Source: Acidimicrobiales bacterium (GTDB taxonomy: Bacteria; Actinomycetota; Acidimicrobiia; Acidimicrobiales; SZUA-35). From it: 64,000 bases of DNA. Under the pieces are notes generated by a model. The model was given only the letters and a program-made list of their open reading frames with translations, searched no databases and had not been told where the DNA came from. The stretch spans positions 1,969 to 65,968 of the forward strand of contig JANQPB010000022.1 of NCBI GenBank assembly GCA_028285495.1. The letters run 5' to 3'. Shown one piece after another: positions 49,394-58,538 of the stretch. How positions within the stretch are numbered: position 1 is the stretch's first letter; each line of letters opens with the position of its first letter. The position numbers and the translations under genes are program-made.

Positions 49394-50068
49394 GTGGAGA
49401 CCACCCGATTCCCGCCGCCGGCGAGCCGCCGTCGCAGCCGATGGCGGCCGGCGACCGGCCTCGGGATCGCGCTGCTCGCGCTCGGGCTGCTCGCCACCGG
49501 CTGCGCCAGCGACGGCCGCGATCTGGCGGCCCCGGCGGCCTGGCAGACCACGACCACCCGTCCGCCGCCCCCGACGTCGGCCCCGAACCAGGAGGTCTCC
49601 GAGGGCGGCCTGACCCTCACCAGCCCCCTGTTCGAACCCGGCGGCGATCTCCCGACGTCGGCCACCTGCCTGGAACCCGACCAGAACCGGTTCCCCGACC
49701 TGACCTGGACCGGCGTCCCGCCGGGGGCCCAGGAGCTGGCGGTCACGCTGTCCGATCAGACCGACCCGACCGAGCCGCTGCTGCTGTGGCTGATGGCGGG
49801 CATCGACCCGTCGCTCGAGGGCCTCGACTCGGGCATCATGCCGGTCGGCGCCTTCGAAACGCTCAACGACTACGGCAACCCGGGCTTCGGCACGCCCTGC
49901 CTCGATTCGTTCGCCACCGGGCTCCGCGATCTTCAGTTCCGGGTCCACGTGATGGACCAGCCGTCTGGCATCGCCCCCGGCGATCCCGGCAACGAGGCGT
50001 GGGACGCGGTCCTGGCCCGATCGGTCGAGTCGGCGTCGCTGCTGGCCCGCATCGACAGCCAGGGCTGA
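49394..50068 (+). CDS. Lipoprotein, divergent PEBP/YbhB-like
   Basis: An in-frame GTG at 49394 within listed ORF 48068..50068. Lipobox LLATGC. GLTLTSPLFEPGGDLPTS...FPDLTWTGVPPGAQELAVTL resembles YbhB-type proteins, but the conserved His motifs are not evident. Confidence 0.5.
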   Translation: METTRFPPPASRRRSRWRPATGLGIALLALGLLATGCASDGRDLAAPAAWQTTTTRPPPPTSAPNQEVSEGGLTLTSPLFEPGGDLPTSATCLEPDQNRFPDLTWTGVPPGAQELAVTLSDQTDPTEPLLLWLMAGIDPSLEGLDSGIMPVGAFETLNDYGNPGFGTPCLDSFATGLRDLQFRVHVMDQPSGIAPGDPGNEAWDAVLARSVESASLLARIDSQG

Positions 50069-50120
50069 GCGAGCGCCGCCGGGGGTCGAGCCGGCTGACG
50101 GTCGAGCGTGGCCGGGCCGC

Positions 50121-51212
50121 TCAGCAGGTCCCACCGGACGAGTTGCGGGGGACCGACGGATCGACCACCTCGACGTGCACGTGGGGCCACGACGGCTCCC
50201 CGGTCAGCTCGTCGATCTGGGACACGAACGGGAAGCGCGTCGCCCGTGCCGCCAGGCGCTGGCCGACCTCGACCCGGTCCCCGGCCCCGACGGCGACACC
50301 CTGGACGTGCAGCACCTTGACCTCGAGGTCCGGTCGGCCGTCCGGGTTGATCACGACGAACCCGTCCCGGTAGCGGCAGTACAGGATGTACTCGCCGGCC
50401 CGGGCCACGGTGCCGGCGATCGGGGCGACGACGGCGGTCGACGGCTCGACCGCGACGTCGATCGCCCCCTGACGGTCGGTCCCCCGGTTGCGGGAGGCCA
50501 TCACGCTGGTCCGGATCGGGGCCGGGTCGGAGGCCTCCATCCGGAGCGCCCCGGGATGGCTGGACTGGTGGAACCCGGCCCGCTCGACGACCGCCGCCGG
50601 TGCCCGCAGCGTCAGGCCGGCCACCGTGGCGAGCACGTGCTCGGTCGGGTCGTCGAACGTGTGGACGCTCCGCCCGGTCGGCGCGCCATCGAAGGTCTGG
50701 CAGCTCCGGCCGGGCACCCCGTCTGACGGGTAGCGATGGCGGCCGGTGAACTCGCTCGACAGCGACACGTTGAGCACGACCCCGCCCCTGGTCAGCTCGC
50801 CCCGAGTCAGGAGCCCGAGCCAGTAGGCCCGGCCGGCGGGCTCGGCCCCCCGGCGCAGCACGTTGCGGTAGATCCGGTCGACGAACGCGCCGTCGTCGAG
50901 CGGCCCGTAGCGGTTGACGAACTCGCGGCCGTCGGCGAACAGCTCGGCGATGGCGTCGAGACCGACGCACGCCTCCTGACGCTCGATCCAGTAGAGGGCC
51001 CCAGCGGCGTCCGGCTGGCGGTCGAAGAAGGCGTGGTACAGGCGGAACAGCCGGGCGTGCTCCTCGGTCAGCTCGTCGAGTGCGGCGACGGTCTCGAAGT
51101 CGGCGGTCTCCGGGTCCTGGGCTGCGGCGGGAGCGGCGGCGACGACCCCGAGCAGGGCGAGGGCAGCGAAGGGGGAAGCGAGCAGCTTGGCGGCGGAGAA
51201 CCGGAGGGGCAT
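50121..51212 (-). CDS. Secreted protein: DUF4214-like domain + M23/LytM-like peptidase domain
   Basis: A signal peptide is present. FVDRIYRNVLRRGAEPAGRAYWLGLL is DUF4214-like. The C-terminal VLHVQGVAVGAGDRVEVGQRLA...PHVHVEVV is M23-like. Confidence 0.6.
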   Translation of the reverse strand: MPLRFSAAKLLASPFAALALLGVVAAAPAAAQDPETADFETVAALDELTEEHARLFRLYHAFFDRQPDAAGALYWIERQEACVGLDAIAELFADGREFVNRYGPLDDGAFVDRIYRNVLRRGAEPAGRAYWLGLLTRGELTRGGVVLNVSLSSEFTGRHRYPSDGVPGRSCQTFDGAPTGRSVHTFDDPTEHVLATVAGLTLRAPAAVVERAGFHQSSHPGALRMEASDPAPIRTSVMASRNRGTDRQGAIDVAVEPSTAVVAPIAGTVARAGEYILYCRYRDGFVVINPDGRPDLEVKVLHVQGVAVGAGDRVEVGQRLAARATRFPFVSQIDELTGEPSWPHVHVEVVDPSVPRNSSGGTC

Positions 51213-51340
51213 GTCGATCCCGTCGGCGGTTGGCGGGCGGGTTGGAGTCGACGGGCTCCGACCCCGGCCATGACCGTACCCGCGACCGACGCCGGCTCCG
51301 GTGATTTGCCCGCAGCGCCGGACGAGCCCAGGATTGTCCG

Positions 51341-52192
51341 GTGCCGGGCCCGACCAACGACGACTTCGACCCAGACGCCGTTCCCGTTCGCCATGCGGCG
51401 ACGGTCATGGTCCTCGACGACCGCGGCCCCGACGACGACCTGCACGTCCTCATGGTCCACCGGACGGCCAAGGTGGTGTTCGCCCCCGACATGTGGGTGT
51501 TCCCCGGCGGTCGGGTCGACCCGGACGACCACCTCGACGACTTCGACACGCTGTGCCGCGGACTGAGCGACCACGAGGCGTCGACGATCCTCGACGTCGA
51601 GCGGGGTGGCCTGGCCTGGTGGGTCGCTGCGGCGAGGGAGACCCTGGAGGAGGCCGGGATCCTGCTCGCCGCCCTCGACCCGGAGGGCCGGCGCCGGACG
51701 GTGGCCGAGCTGCGCCAACTGGTGCGGACCGACGAGAACCTGTTCCCCGACCTGCTGCTGGAACGGGGCATCACCCTCGACGTCAGCCCGATCGAGGAGG
51801 TGGCCCGCTTCATCACCCCCGTCGGCTCACCCCGCCGCTTCGACGCTCGGTTCTTCGTGGCCAGGGCCCCGGAGGACCAGGACGTCAGCCACGACGACGG
51901 CGAGATCGTCAACCACTCGTGGATCCGGCCGCAGGATGCCCTCGACCGGTGGCGGGCCGACGAGATGACGATGATGTCGCCGACGGTGCGGATGGTGGCC
52001 TGCCTGGCCCGCTATCGCTCGGCCGACGAGGTGCTGGCCGTGGCCCGCCGCCGACTTCCCTACCAGCGGGTCCGGGTCGACGATCCCGACGGCGACTACC
52101 GGGTGCTGCTGCCGGGCGAGCCGGGCTACGAGGCTGCCGACCTGGAGATCGAGACCGGCTGGGTGCGCCTCTGGGAGGGTGAGCGTCCCTGA
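51341..52192 (+). CDS. NUDIX hydrolase family protein
   Basis: 283 aa with a GTG start. The Nudix-box-like segment is FPGGRVDPDD...AAARETLEEAGIL. Confidence 0.75.
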   Translation: MPGPTNDDFDPDAVPVRHAATVMVLDDRGPDDDLHVLMVHRTAKVVFAPDMWVFPGGRVDPDDHLDDFDTLCRGLSDHEASTILDVERGGLAWWVAAARETLEEAGILLAALDPEGRRRTVAELRQLVRTDENLFPDLLLERGITLDVSPIEEVARFITPVGSPRRFDARFFVARAPEDQDVSHDDGEIVNHSWIRPQDALDRWRADEMTMMSPTVRMVACLARYRSADEVLAVARRRLPYQRVRVDDPDGDYRVLLPGEPGYEAADLEIETGWVRLWEGERP

Positions 52193-52199
52193 GGCGGAC

Positions 52200-52229
52200 C
52201 CGGCCGGCCAGCCGGAGATCGCCGGCCGG
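52200..52229. terminator. Bidirectional hairpin between convergent NUDIX and MBL genes
   Basis: ccggccggc (52200-52208) pairs with gccggccgg (52221-52229), a 9-bp stem with a 12-nt loop. Confidence 0.5.
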
Positions 52230-52230
52230 T

Positions 52231-53151
52231 TCAGCCGCCGTAGAGCCGCCCGAACTCGAGCAGGTTCGCGCCCAGATGGTCCGGGTAGGCGTCGATCATG
52301 GCCGCATTGAAGCTCTCGACGTCTGCGCTGTCGGCGAATGCCGTTCGGGCCGTGGTCAGGTAGTCGATGCCCTCGTCGATGATCTCGGGACCGCCGGGGG
52401 GACCATGGCCGGGGATGACCAGCTCCAGGCCCTCCGTGGCCTTGAGCGTGTCCAGGATCGACAGCCAGTTGTCGAAGGTCGGGCTCATGACGACGTGGTA
52501 GTCGTTGTAGACGAGATCGCCGATGAGCATCACGCCGTGGTCTGGCAGGGTGATGACGATCTGCTCGTCGGCCTCGGCATCGGCGAAGACGTCGATGCGG
52601 TAGGTGACGCCGTCGATCTCGGTCTCGCCTGGCTCGATCACGCTGGTGATGGTGGTGCCGGCGGCGGCAACGGCCTCGACGACGCCGGCCGACGAGGCCG
52701 ACTCGACGTCGGAGAAGACCGGCTCGATGCCGCCGATGTGGTCGGGGTGCTCGTGGGTGATCAACAGCCGGTCGATCGGCTTGCCGAGCGATTCGGCCAG
52801 GGCCCGGAACTCGGCTGCGGGCTCGGCTCCGAAGTGGGCATCGACCAGGACGACCGCCGTGTCGCTCTCGATGACCGTCGTGGTGTTGCCGAAGCCGGCT
52901 TCGGTGTTGGTGTAGGTGTGCACGATCACGCCGTCGGCGTCGAAGCGTTCGATCGTGGCTCCCGAGGCCAAGGTCCCCGGTTCGAAGGAGGTCTCGTCTG
53001 CGGTGTCGCCGGCCTCGTCGGCCGTGGTGTCGTCGACCACGGTGTCGCCGGCCTCGTCATCCTCGTTGCCACACGCACCGGCCAGCAGGGCGATGGCAGC
53101 GAGGAGGGCGAGGAGCGATCGAGTGGTTCGGCGGCGGGGGGAGGTTGGCAT
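52231..53151 (-). CDS. MBL-fold metallo-hydrolase lipoprotein
   Basis: 306 aa with lipobox LLAGAC. The metal motif is ITHEHPDHIGG, with later PGHG. The RBS AAGGAG precedes the ATG. Confidence 0.85.
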   Translation of the reverse strand: MPTSPRRRTTRSLLALLAAIALLAGACGNEDDEAGDTVVDDTTADEAGDTADETSFEPGTLASGATIERFDADGVIVHTYTNTEAGFGNTTTVIESDTAVVLVDAHFGAEPAAEFRALAESLGKPIDRLLITHEHPDHIGGIEPVFSDVESASSAGVVEAVAAAGTTITSVIEPGETEIDGVTYRIDVFADAEADEQIVITLPDHGVMLIGDLVYNDYHVVMSPTFDNWLSILDTLKATEGLELVIPGHGPPGGPEIIDEGIDYLTTARTAFADSADVESFNAAMIDAYPDHLGANLLEFGRLYGG

Positions 53152-53221
53152 GGCGCGCTCCTTGTCGGATCGTCGTCGGGTCGAGGTGGGCTCGGCGGGT
53201 CAGCCGCCGACCAACCAGTAC

Positions 53222-53294
53222 CGCTACGCGATGTAGCGTTGCAGTGCTACAAAACGTAGCGAAGACACAGACCAATATGCAACGATCTGTAGCG
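53222..53294. promoter_or_regulatory. Three copies of a (C/T)GC(T/A)AC-N5-GTAGCG inverted repeat in the MBL gene upstream region
   Basis: CGCTAC-gcgat-GTAGCG lies at 53222-53238, TGCTAC-aaaac-GTAGCG at 53245-53261 and TGCAAC-gatct-GTAGCG at 53278-53294. This is the locally AT-richest intergenic stretch. A possible promoter TTGCAT-N18-TACGTT on the minus strand overlaps them. Confidence 0.5.
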
Positions 53295-53333
53295 ATTCGA
53301 CGCGCAGCGCGGCAACGTTCGGCGGAACGGCTC

Positions 53334-56300
53334 CTAGCGGAAGTCGCGGGACTTCGGCGTGCCGCCGACCCGGAGCGGTTCGAGCTTCTCGGCCACGATG
53401 TTGACCACCGCCTCCTGACGCTCGACCCGACCCCGGATCAGCAGGGCCGGGCTGTTGCGGGCGTGATGGCGGTAGCGATGCCAACACCCGACCGACACCA
53501 CCACGTTGATCAGGCCGGTCTCGTCCTCCAGGCCCATGAAGGTGGTGCCCGAGGCGGTCGCCGGTCGCTGGCGGTGGGTCACCACCCCGCCGACCAGCAC
53601 CTTGTCGCCGTGGGTCGTTGCCGGCAGATCGCAGGCCCGGACCACCCCACGGGCGTCGAGCTCGGCCCGCAGGAACCGGGTTGGGTGACCGTCGGCCGAC
53701 ACCCCGGTGGCCCACAGGTCGGCCAGGGCCTCCTCCTGCTCCGACATCCCCGGCAGCGGCGGCGCCTCGACCCCGGTCACGATCCCCTCGAGCCGACCGG
53801 GCCCGCCGTGGGCCACCGCCCCGGCCTGCCACAGCGCTTCGCGACGGCCTCCCCGGGCCGCCGATGCTCTCCTCCGGTCGCCTCGGTCCTCCGAGGCTCT
53901 CCTCCGGTCGCCTCGGTCCTCCGAGGCTCCGCGGCGGCCCTTGCGGTCGGGCTCGGGTGACGGCGGGCGGTCGGCCAGCTCCGGTGCGTCGAAGCAGGCG
54001 AAGGCCCCGGCGGTGGCCAGGGCCTCCAGCCCCTTGCTCGGCACCCCGGCCCGGCGGGCCACGTCCTCGATCGAGGCGTAGGGCCGCCCCGCCTCCAGCC
54101 GCTCGGCCAGGTCGTCGCCGATGTGGCGGACCGAGCCGACCCCCATCCGCACCGCCCAGCCGTGGTCACGGCGCTCGCCCAGGATGTCCTCCGGGGCGTC
54201 GAGGTCGCCGGCGATCGCCACCACCTCGGGTGGCTCCATGCCCGGTGGCATCCGCTCGAGCGTCGGGTTGGCCCCCGAGGCGTTGATGCAGACCCCCAGC
54301 GTCGGCACCCCGTGACGGCGGGCGTCCTGGACCAGCGAGTGGGGTGAGTAGAACCCCATCGGCTGGGCCCGCAGCAGCGCGGCACAGAACGCGGCCGGGT
54401 AGTGCAACTTCAGCCACGACGAGGCGTAGACCAGGTAGGCGAAGCTGATCGAGTGGCTCTCGGGGAAGCCGTAGTTGGCGAAGGCGGCCAGCTTGTCCCA
54501 GATCTTGGCGATGATGTCGTCGTCGAGGCCCTTGGCCCCGGCCCCGGCGACGAAGCGCTCCCGCAACTGCTCCATCCGCTCCCGTGACCGCTTGGCCCCG
54601 AGGGCCTGGCGCAGTTCGTCGGCGTCGCCGGCCGAGAACCCGGCAACGTCGATCGTGATCTGCATCAGCTGCTCCTGGAACAGGGGGATGCCGAGCGTCT
54701 TGTGCAGCGCCCCCTCCAGCAGCGGGTGGAGGTAGGTGACCGGCTCCTGCCCGTTGCGGCGGCGGATGTAGGGGTGGACCGAGCCGCCCTGGATCGGCCC
54801 CGGCCGGATCAGGGCCACCTCGACCACCAGGTCGTAGAAGCTGCGGGGCTTCAACCGGGGCAGGGTGCCCATCTGGGCCCGGGACTCGACCTGGAACACC
54901 CCGATCGAATCGGCCCGGCACAACATCCGGTACACCGCGTCCTCCTGGCCGAGCGCGGCCAGGTCGACGGTGACCCCATGGTGCTCGGCCACCAGGTCGA
55001 GGGTGTGGTGCAGAGCCTCCAGCATCCCGAGGCCCAACAGGTCGAACTTGACCAGCCCGGCGGCCGCACAGTCGTCCTTGTCCCACTGCAGGACGGTCCG
55101 GTCCTCCATCCTGGCCCACTCGACCGGGCAGACCTCGATCACCGGCCGGTCGCACATCACCATCCCCCCGGAGTGGATCCCGAGGTGGCGGGGCAGGTCG
55201 GCGAACTCGCCGGCCAGCTCGACGACATCGGCCGGCAGGTCGTCGCCGCTGCCGACCGAGCCCCATCGGTCCATCGATTTGGCGAACCGGTCCTGCTGGC
55301 CGGGGGCGTAGCCGAGGGCCTTGGCCGCATCGCGAACGGCCGAGCGGGCGCGGTAGCCGATCACGTTGGCCACCTGGGCCGCGTGGCGGCGGCCGTGCAT
55401 GTCGTAGACGTGCTGGATCGCCTCCTCCCGCCGACCCGACTCGATGTCGAGGTCGATGTCGGGCGGCCCGTCGCGCTCGGGGGACAGGAAGCGCTCGAAC
55501 AGCAGGCCGAGGCTGACCGCGTCGGCCTTCGTGATGTCGAGCACGTAGCAGACCGCCGAGTTGGCGGCCGAGCCACGGCCCTGGCAGAGGATCCCGTTCT
55601 TGTTGCAGAAGTCGACGATCTCCCACACCACGAGGAAGTAGCCGGGGAAGTCGAGCTGCTCGATCAGGTCGAGCTCGGCGTCGAGCTGCTCCCACGCCCC
55701 CGGCACCCGGGGGGCGTCGCGGGTCCCGTAGCGGGCCAGGCCGCCCTCGGTGACCAGGCGGCGGAGGTACTGCATCTCCGTCAGCCCGTCCGGGCAGGGG
55801 TACGGCGGCAGCTGGGGGGCGACCAGCGACAGGTCGAAGGCGCAGTCGAGGCCGAGCTCGGCCGCCCGCTCGACCACCCCGGGGTAGCGGGCGAAGCGCC
55901 TGGCCTGCTCGTCACCCGAGCGGAGGTGGGCGCACGACGCCGGACCGAGCCAGCCCTCCATCTCGTCGAGCGAGCGCCGGGCCCGGACCGCGGCCAGGGC
56001 GGTGGCCAGCCGGCGCCGGGACGGGGTGGCGTAGTGGACGTTGTTGGTGGCCACCGGCTCGACCCCGAACCGGATGGCCAGGTCGGCCATGGCGTCGTTG
56101 CGGGCCCCGTCGAGCGGGGCCCCGTGGTCCCACAGCTCGACGGCGACGTTGGCCCGGCCGAACCGGTCGATCAGCGAGCCGAGGGCCCGACCGGCGGCGG
56201 CCGGCCCCTCCCGCTCGAGGGCCCGGGGCACCGCCGCCTTGCGGCAACCGGTGAGCACGAGCCAGTGGGCCAGCTCGTCGTCGGTGGTCCACCGGTCGAG

Positions 56301-56873
56301 GTCGGACATCGTGAACCGGGGCGCCCCCTTCTCCCCCGCCAGTTGGGCCTCGCTGATCACCCGGGCCAGGGCCCGGTAGCCGGTCGGGTCCCGGGCCAGG
56401 ACCAGGAGGTGGGTGCCGTCCGGGTCGGGCTGGCCCGGCGAGATGTCGAGCTTGTCGACCGTCAGCTCGGCCCCGAACACCGTCGGCAGGCCGACCGCCC
56501 TGGCCGCCTCGGCGAAGCGGACCACGCCGTAGAACCCGTCGTGGTCGGTGACGGCGAGGGCCCGCAGGTCGAGCCGGGCCGCCTCCTCGGCCAGCTCCTC
56601 GGGCTGGGAGGCCCCGTCGAGGAAGCTGAAGGCCGAGTGGGCGTGCAGCTCGGCGTATGGCGTGGCCGACGGTCGCCGCTCGATCGCCGGGGCCCGGTAG
56701 GTCGGCCTGGTGTAGGACCAGGCCGGGCTGTCACCCCCGTCGGCCCCCGGCCCGAAGGGGACGGCCCCGGGGTGCTGCTTGCCGGACGGCGGCTTGCTCG
56801 ACGGGCCCGAGACCCGATCGGAGAGCTGCTCCTCGATGGCCCGCCAGGGAACGGGGGGATTCTGCCAGCCCAT
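53334..56873 (-). CDS. dnaE2: Error-prone DNA polymerase DnaE2 (ImuC)
   Basis: 1179 aa. The N-terminus MGWQNPPVPWRAIEEQLS and the PHP motif YAELHAHSAFSFLDGAS are present. The pol III alpha core has GSAANSAVCYVLDIT and PDIDLDIES. Confidence 0.95.
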   Translation of the reverse strand: MGWQNPPVPWRAIEEQLSDRVSGPSSKPPSGKQHPGAVPFGPGADGGDSPAWSYTRPTYRAPAIERRPSATPYAELHAHSAFSFLDGASQPEELAEEAARLDLRALAVTDHDGFYGVVRFAEAARAVGLPTVFGAELTVDKLDISPGQPDPDGTHLLVLARDPTGYRALARVISEAQLAGEKGAPRFTMSDLDRWTTDDELAHWLVLTGCRKAAVPRALEREGPAAAGRALGSLIDRFGRANVAVELWDHGAPLDGARNDAMADLAIRFGVEPVATNNVHYATPSRRRLATALAAVRARRSLDEMEGWLGPASCAHLRSGDEQARRFARYPGVVERAAELGLDCAFDLSLVAPQLPPYPCPDGLTEMQYLRRLVTEGGLARYGTRDAPRVPGAWEQLDAELDLIEQLDFPGYFLVVWEIVDFCNKNGILCQGRGSAANSAVCYVLDITKADAVSLGLLFERFLSPERDGPPDIDLDIESGRREEAIQHVYDMHGRRHAAQVANVIGYRARSAVRDAAKALGYAPGQQDRFAKSMDRWGSVGSGDDLPADVVELAGEFADLPRHLGIHSGGMVMCDRPVIEVCPVEWARMEDRTVLQWDKDDCAAAGLVKFDLLGLGMLEALHHTLDLVAEHHGVTVDLAALGQEDAVYRMLCRADSIGVFQVESRAQMGTLPRLKPRSFYDLVVEVALIRPGPIQGGSVHPYIRRRNGQEPVTYLHPLLEGALHKTLGIPLFQEQLMQITIDVAGFSAGDADELRQALGAKRSRERMEQLRERFVAGAGAKGLDDDIIAKIWDKLAAFANYGFPESHSISFAYLVYASSWLKLHYPAAFCAALLRAQPMGFYSPHSLVQDARRHGVPTLGVCINASGANPTLERMPPGMEPPEVVAIAGDLDAPEDILGERRDHGWAVRMGVGSVRHIGDDLAERLEAGRPYASIEDVARRAGVPSKGLEALATAGAFACFDAPELADRPPSPEPDRKGRRGASEDRGDRRRASEDRGDRRRASAARGGRREALWQAGAVAHGGPGRLEGIVTGVEAPPLPGMSEQEEALADLWATGVSADGHPTRFLRAELDARGVVRACDLPATTHGDKVLVGGVVTHRQRPATASGTTFMGLEDETGLINVVVSVGCWHRYRHHARNSPALLIRGRVERQEAVVNIVAEKLEPLRVGGTPKSRDFR
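53866..53925. repeat. Perfect 30-bp tandem duplication inside dnaE2 (encodes ASEDRGDRRR twice)
   Basis: gctctcctccggtcgcctcggtcctccgag occurs at 53866-53895 and again at 53896-53925. Coordinates were anchored through listed ORF 53707..54081. Confidence 0.95.
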
Positions 56874-56904
56874 GGATCGAGCCTAGTCAGGACCGACCCG
56901 AAAA

Positions 56905-56920
56905 TCGAACAGCTGTTCGA
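56905..56920. promoter_or_regulatory. LexA SOS box (TCGAAC-AGCT-GTTCGA) upstream of dnaE2
   Basis: A perfect match to the actinobacterial/Gram-positive SOS-box consensus TCGAAC-N4-GTTCGA. It lies 31 nt upstream of the dnaE2 ATG (56873), in the 57-nt gap after the TetR stop. Confidence 0.8.
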
Positions 56921-56930
56921 TCGGCCTCGT

Positions 56931-57578
56931 TCAGCGGGCCGGGGTGCCCGATCGCATCGCCTGCACCAGGGGGCCGACGAGATGGGCGGCGCCGGCCAGC
57001 GACTCGAACAGGGCCACGGTGCGCTCGTCGCCCTGGTCGAGCCGGCCCATCAGCTCGATCCCGATGAACAGGCACGAGATGGCGTGGGCCAGGTCGCCGG
57101 TCGGCACCACCTGGCCGAGCACCGAGCCGTCGAGGCTCCGCCGCAGGGCGGCCTCGACCAGGTCGTCCCAGGGGCGCAGGATCTCGACGATCCGCTTGCC
57201 GACATCACCGTCGCTCGGCCAGCCGGCGACGAGGGCGGTCAGCGCCGACTGGTCGCCGTCGACGTCGTCCCGCTTGAGGTCGATGGCGACCTCGACCAGG
57301 CCGGCGAGCGAGTCGACCTCCTCCAGCCGAGGCCGGAAGCGCTCCATGCGCCGATCGTTGGCCCGCTGGAGCGCGGCCAGGAGGAGCTCTTCGATCGAGC
57401 CGAAGTGGTAGAAGACGAGCGCCTGGTTGAAGTCGCCGGTCCGGGCGATGGCCCGGGCGCTGGTGCCGACCAGGCCCCCGGCCCTGACGGTCTCCAGCGC
57501 GGCGTCGACGATCCGGTCGCGCGTCTCGTTGCCGGCGCGGCTGCGCCGACGCTCCCCTGTTGTGCCCATCACCTCCAT
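56931..57578 (-). CDS. TetR/AcrR family transcriptional regulator
   Basis: 215 aa. The N-terminal HTH is RDRIVDAALETVRAGGLVGTSARAIARTGDFNQALVFYHFGS. Confidence 0.88.
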   Translation of the reverse strand: MEVMGTTGERRRSRAGNETRDRIVDAALETVRAGGLVGTSARAIARTGDFNQALVFYHFGSIEELLLAALQRANDRRMERFRPRLEEVDSLAGLVEVAIDLKRDDVDGDQSALTALVAGWPSDGDVGKRIVEILRPWDDLVEAALRRSLDGSVLGQVVPTGDLAHAISCLFIGIELMGRLDQGDERTVALFESLAGAAHLVGPLVQAMRSGTPAR

Positions 57579-57607
57579 TGTGCCAACCCGGCCCGGATCG
57601 TGCGTGA

Positions 57608-58477
57608 TCAGGCGGCCCGGGCGCCCAGTGCGATGCGGAGCCGCTCGGCCTGGGGCGGCGAGAGCCCCCGGTGGGTCAGCTGATCGACCGGCGCCTCGAC
57701 GAGGTACCTGACCAGTGCCGCCGCTCGGCCGTCGTCGGCGACGAACGGTCGCAGCGGGTCCTGCTGGATCCGGATCGTGAACAGGATCCAGCCGCTCGCG
57801 TGCAGCCGGCGGAGCGTCTGACGCTCGCTGCGAAGGTGGAGGTCGTCGAGGCAGCGGTCCGGTTCGATCACCGGGTCACCGGCGGGCGGACGATCGGGTT
57901 GGAACAGGGCCGGGTCGGGATGCACGAACCAGTTGCGTCGCAGCACGATGCGCTCGCCGAGGTGGTCGAAGAGGCGATCGACCCGGGTGGCCAACGCCTC
58001 GGCGTAGCCGTCGACCGGCCCGTGGGTCGCGGTGATCGACCGGCCGAGCTTCTCGCCGAGCCGCCACCGGCTGGGAAAGCACAGCGAGGCGGCGGCCAGG
58101 ACCCAGCTACCGTGCCCCGGTCGGACCAGGCAGAGGTCCTCCTGCACCGAGCGGCCGGCCCGGTCGAGCGGATGGAGGCCCCCGCCGCCAGCCGGCCCGA
58201 GCAGCCGATGTCGTTCGAGCTCGCCCTCGACCAGGTCGAGGGTCTCCCGACCGGCGAGCAACGCCCCGGCCTCCACCCCTGGCTCGACGGCGAACACCTC
58301 GTCGTGGCGATCGGTGCCGAGGCGCTCCTTCAGCGCCAGCTCGACGTCGCGGCGGTCGTCGATCACCAGCCAGGGGCGGTCACCGAGCTGGCGTGTCCCG
58401 ATCCGACGCCAGTGCGCGGCCGGATCGAGATCGATCTCCTCGAACCAGCCCCGACCGGGCCCGACCGTGCCATCCAT
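57608..58477 (-). CDS. DUF3445 family protein (heme-dependent oxidative N-demethylase alpha-subunit-like)
   Basis: This is the real part of ORF 57608..58651, from MDGTVGPG. QEDLCLVRPGHGSWVLAAASLCFPSRWRLGEKLGRS...HGPVDGY...LRRNWF matches my recollection of DUF3445. Confidence 0.65.
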   Translation of the reverse strand: MDGTVGPGRGWFEEIDLDPAAHWRRIGTRQLGDRPWLVIDDRRDVELALKERLGTDRHDEVFAVEPGVEAGALLAGRETLDLVEGELERHRLLGPAGGGGLHPLDRAGRSVQEDLCLVRPGHGSWVLAAASLCFPSRWRLGEKLGRSITATHGPVDGYAEALATRVDRLFDHLGERIVLRRNWFVHPDPALFQPDRPPAGDPVIEPDRCLDDLHLRSERQTLRRLHASGWILFTIRIQQDPLRPFVADDGRAAALVRYLVEAPVDQLTHRGLSPPQAERLRIALGARAA

Positions 58478-58538
58478 CACCCACCAGGGTACGGCCGAGC
58501 GATTCTCCCGTCGGCCCGGCCGCTTGTACCCTGACCCC

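Noticed and set aside
54702-57683. 993-aa plus-strand ORF
   Set aside because: It is antisense to dnaE2 and the TetR gene. No motifs are present and it is Gly/Arg/Pro/Val-rich.
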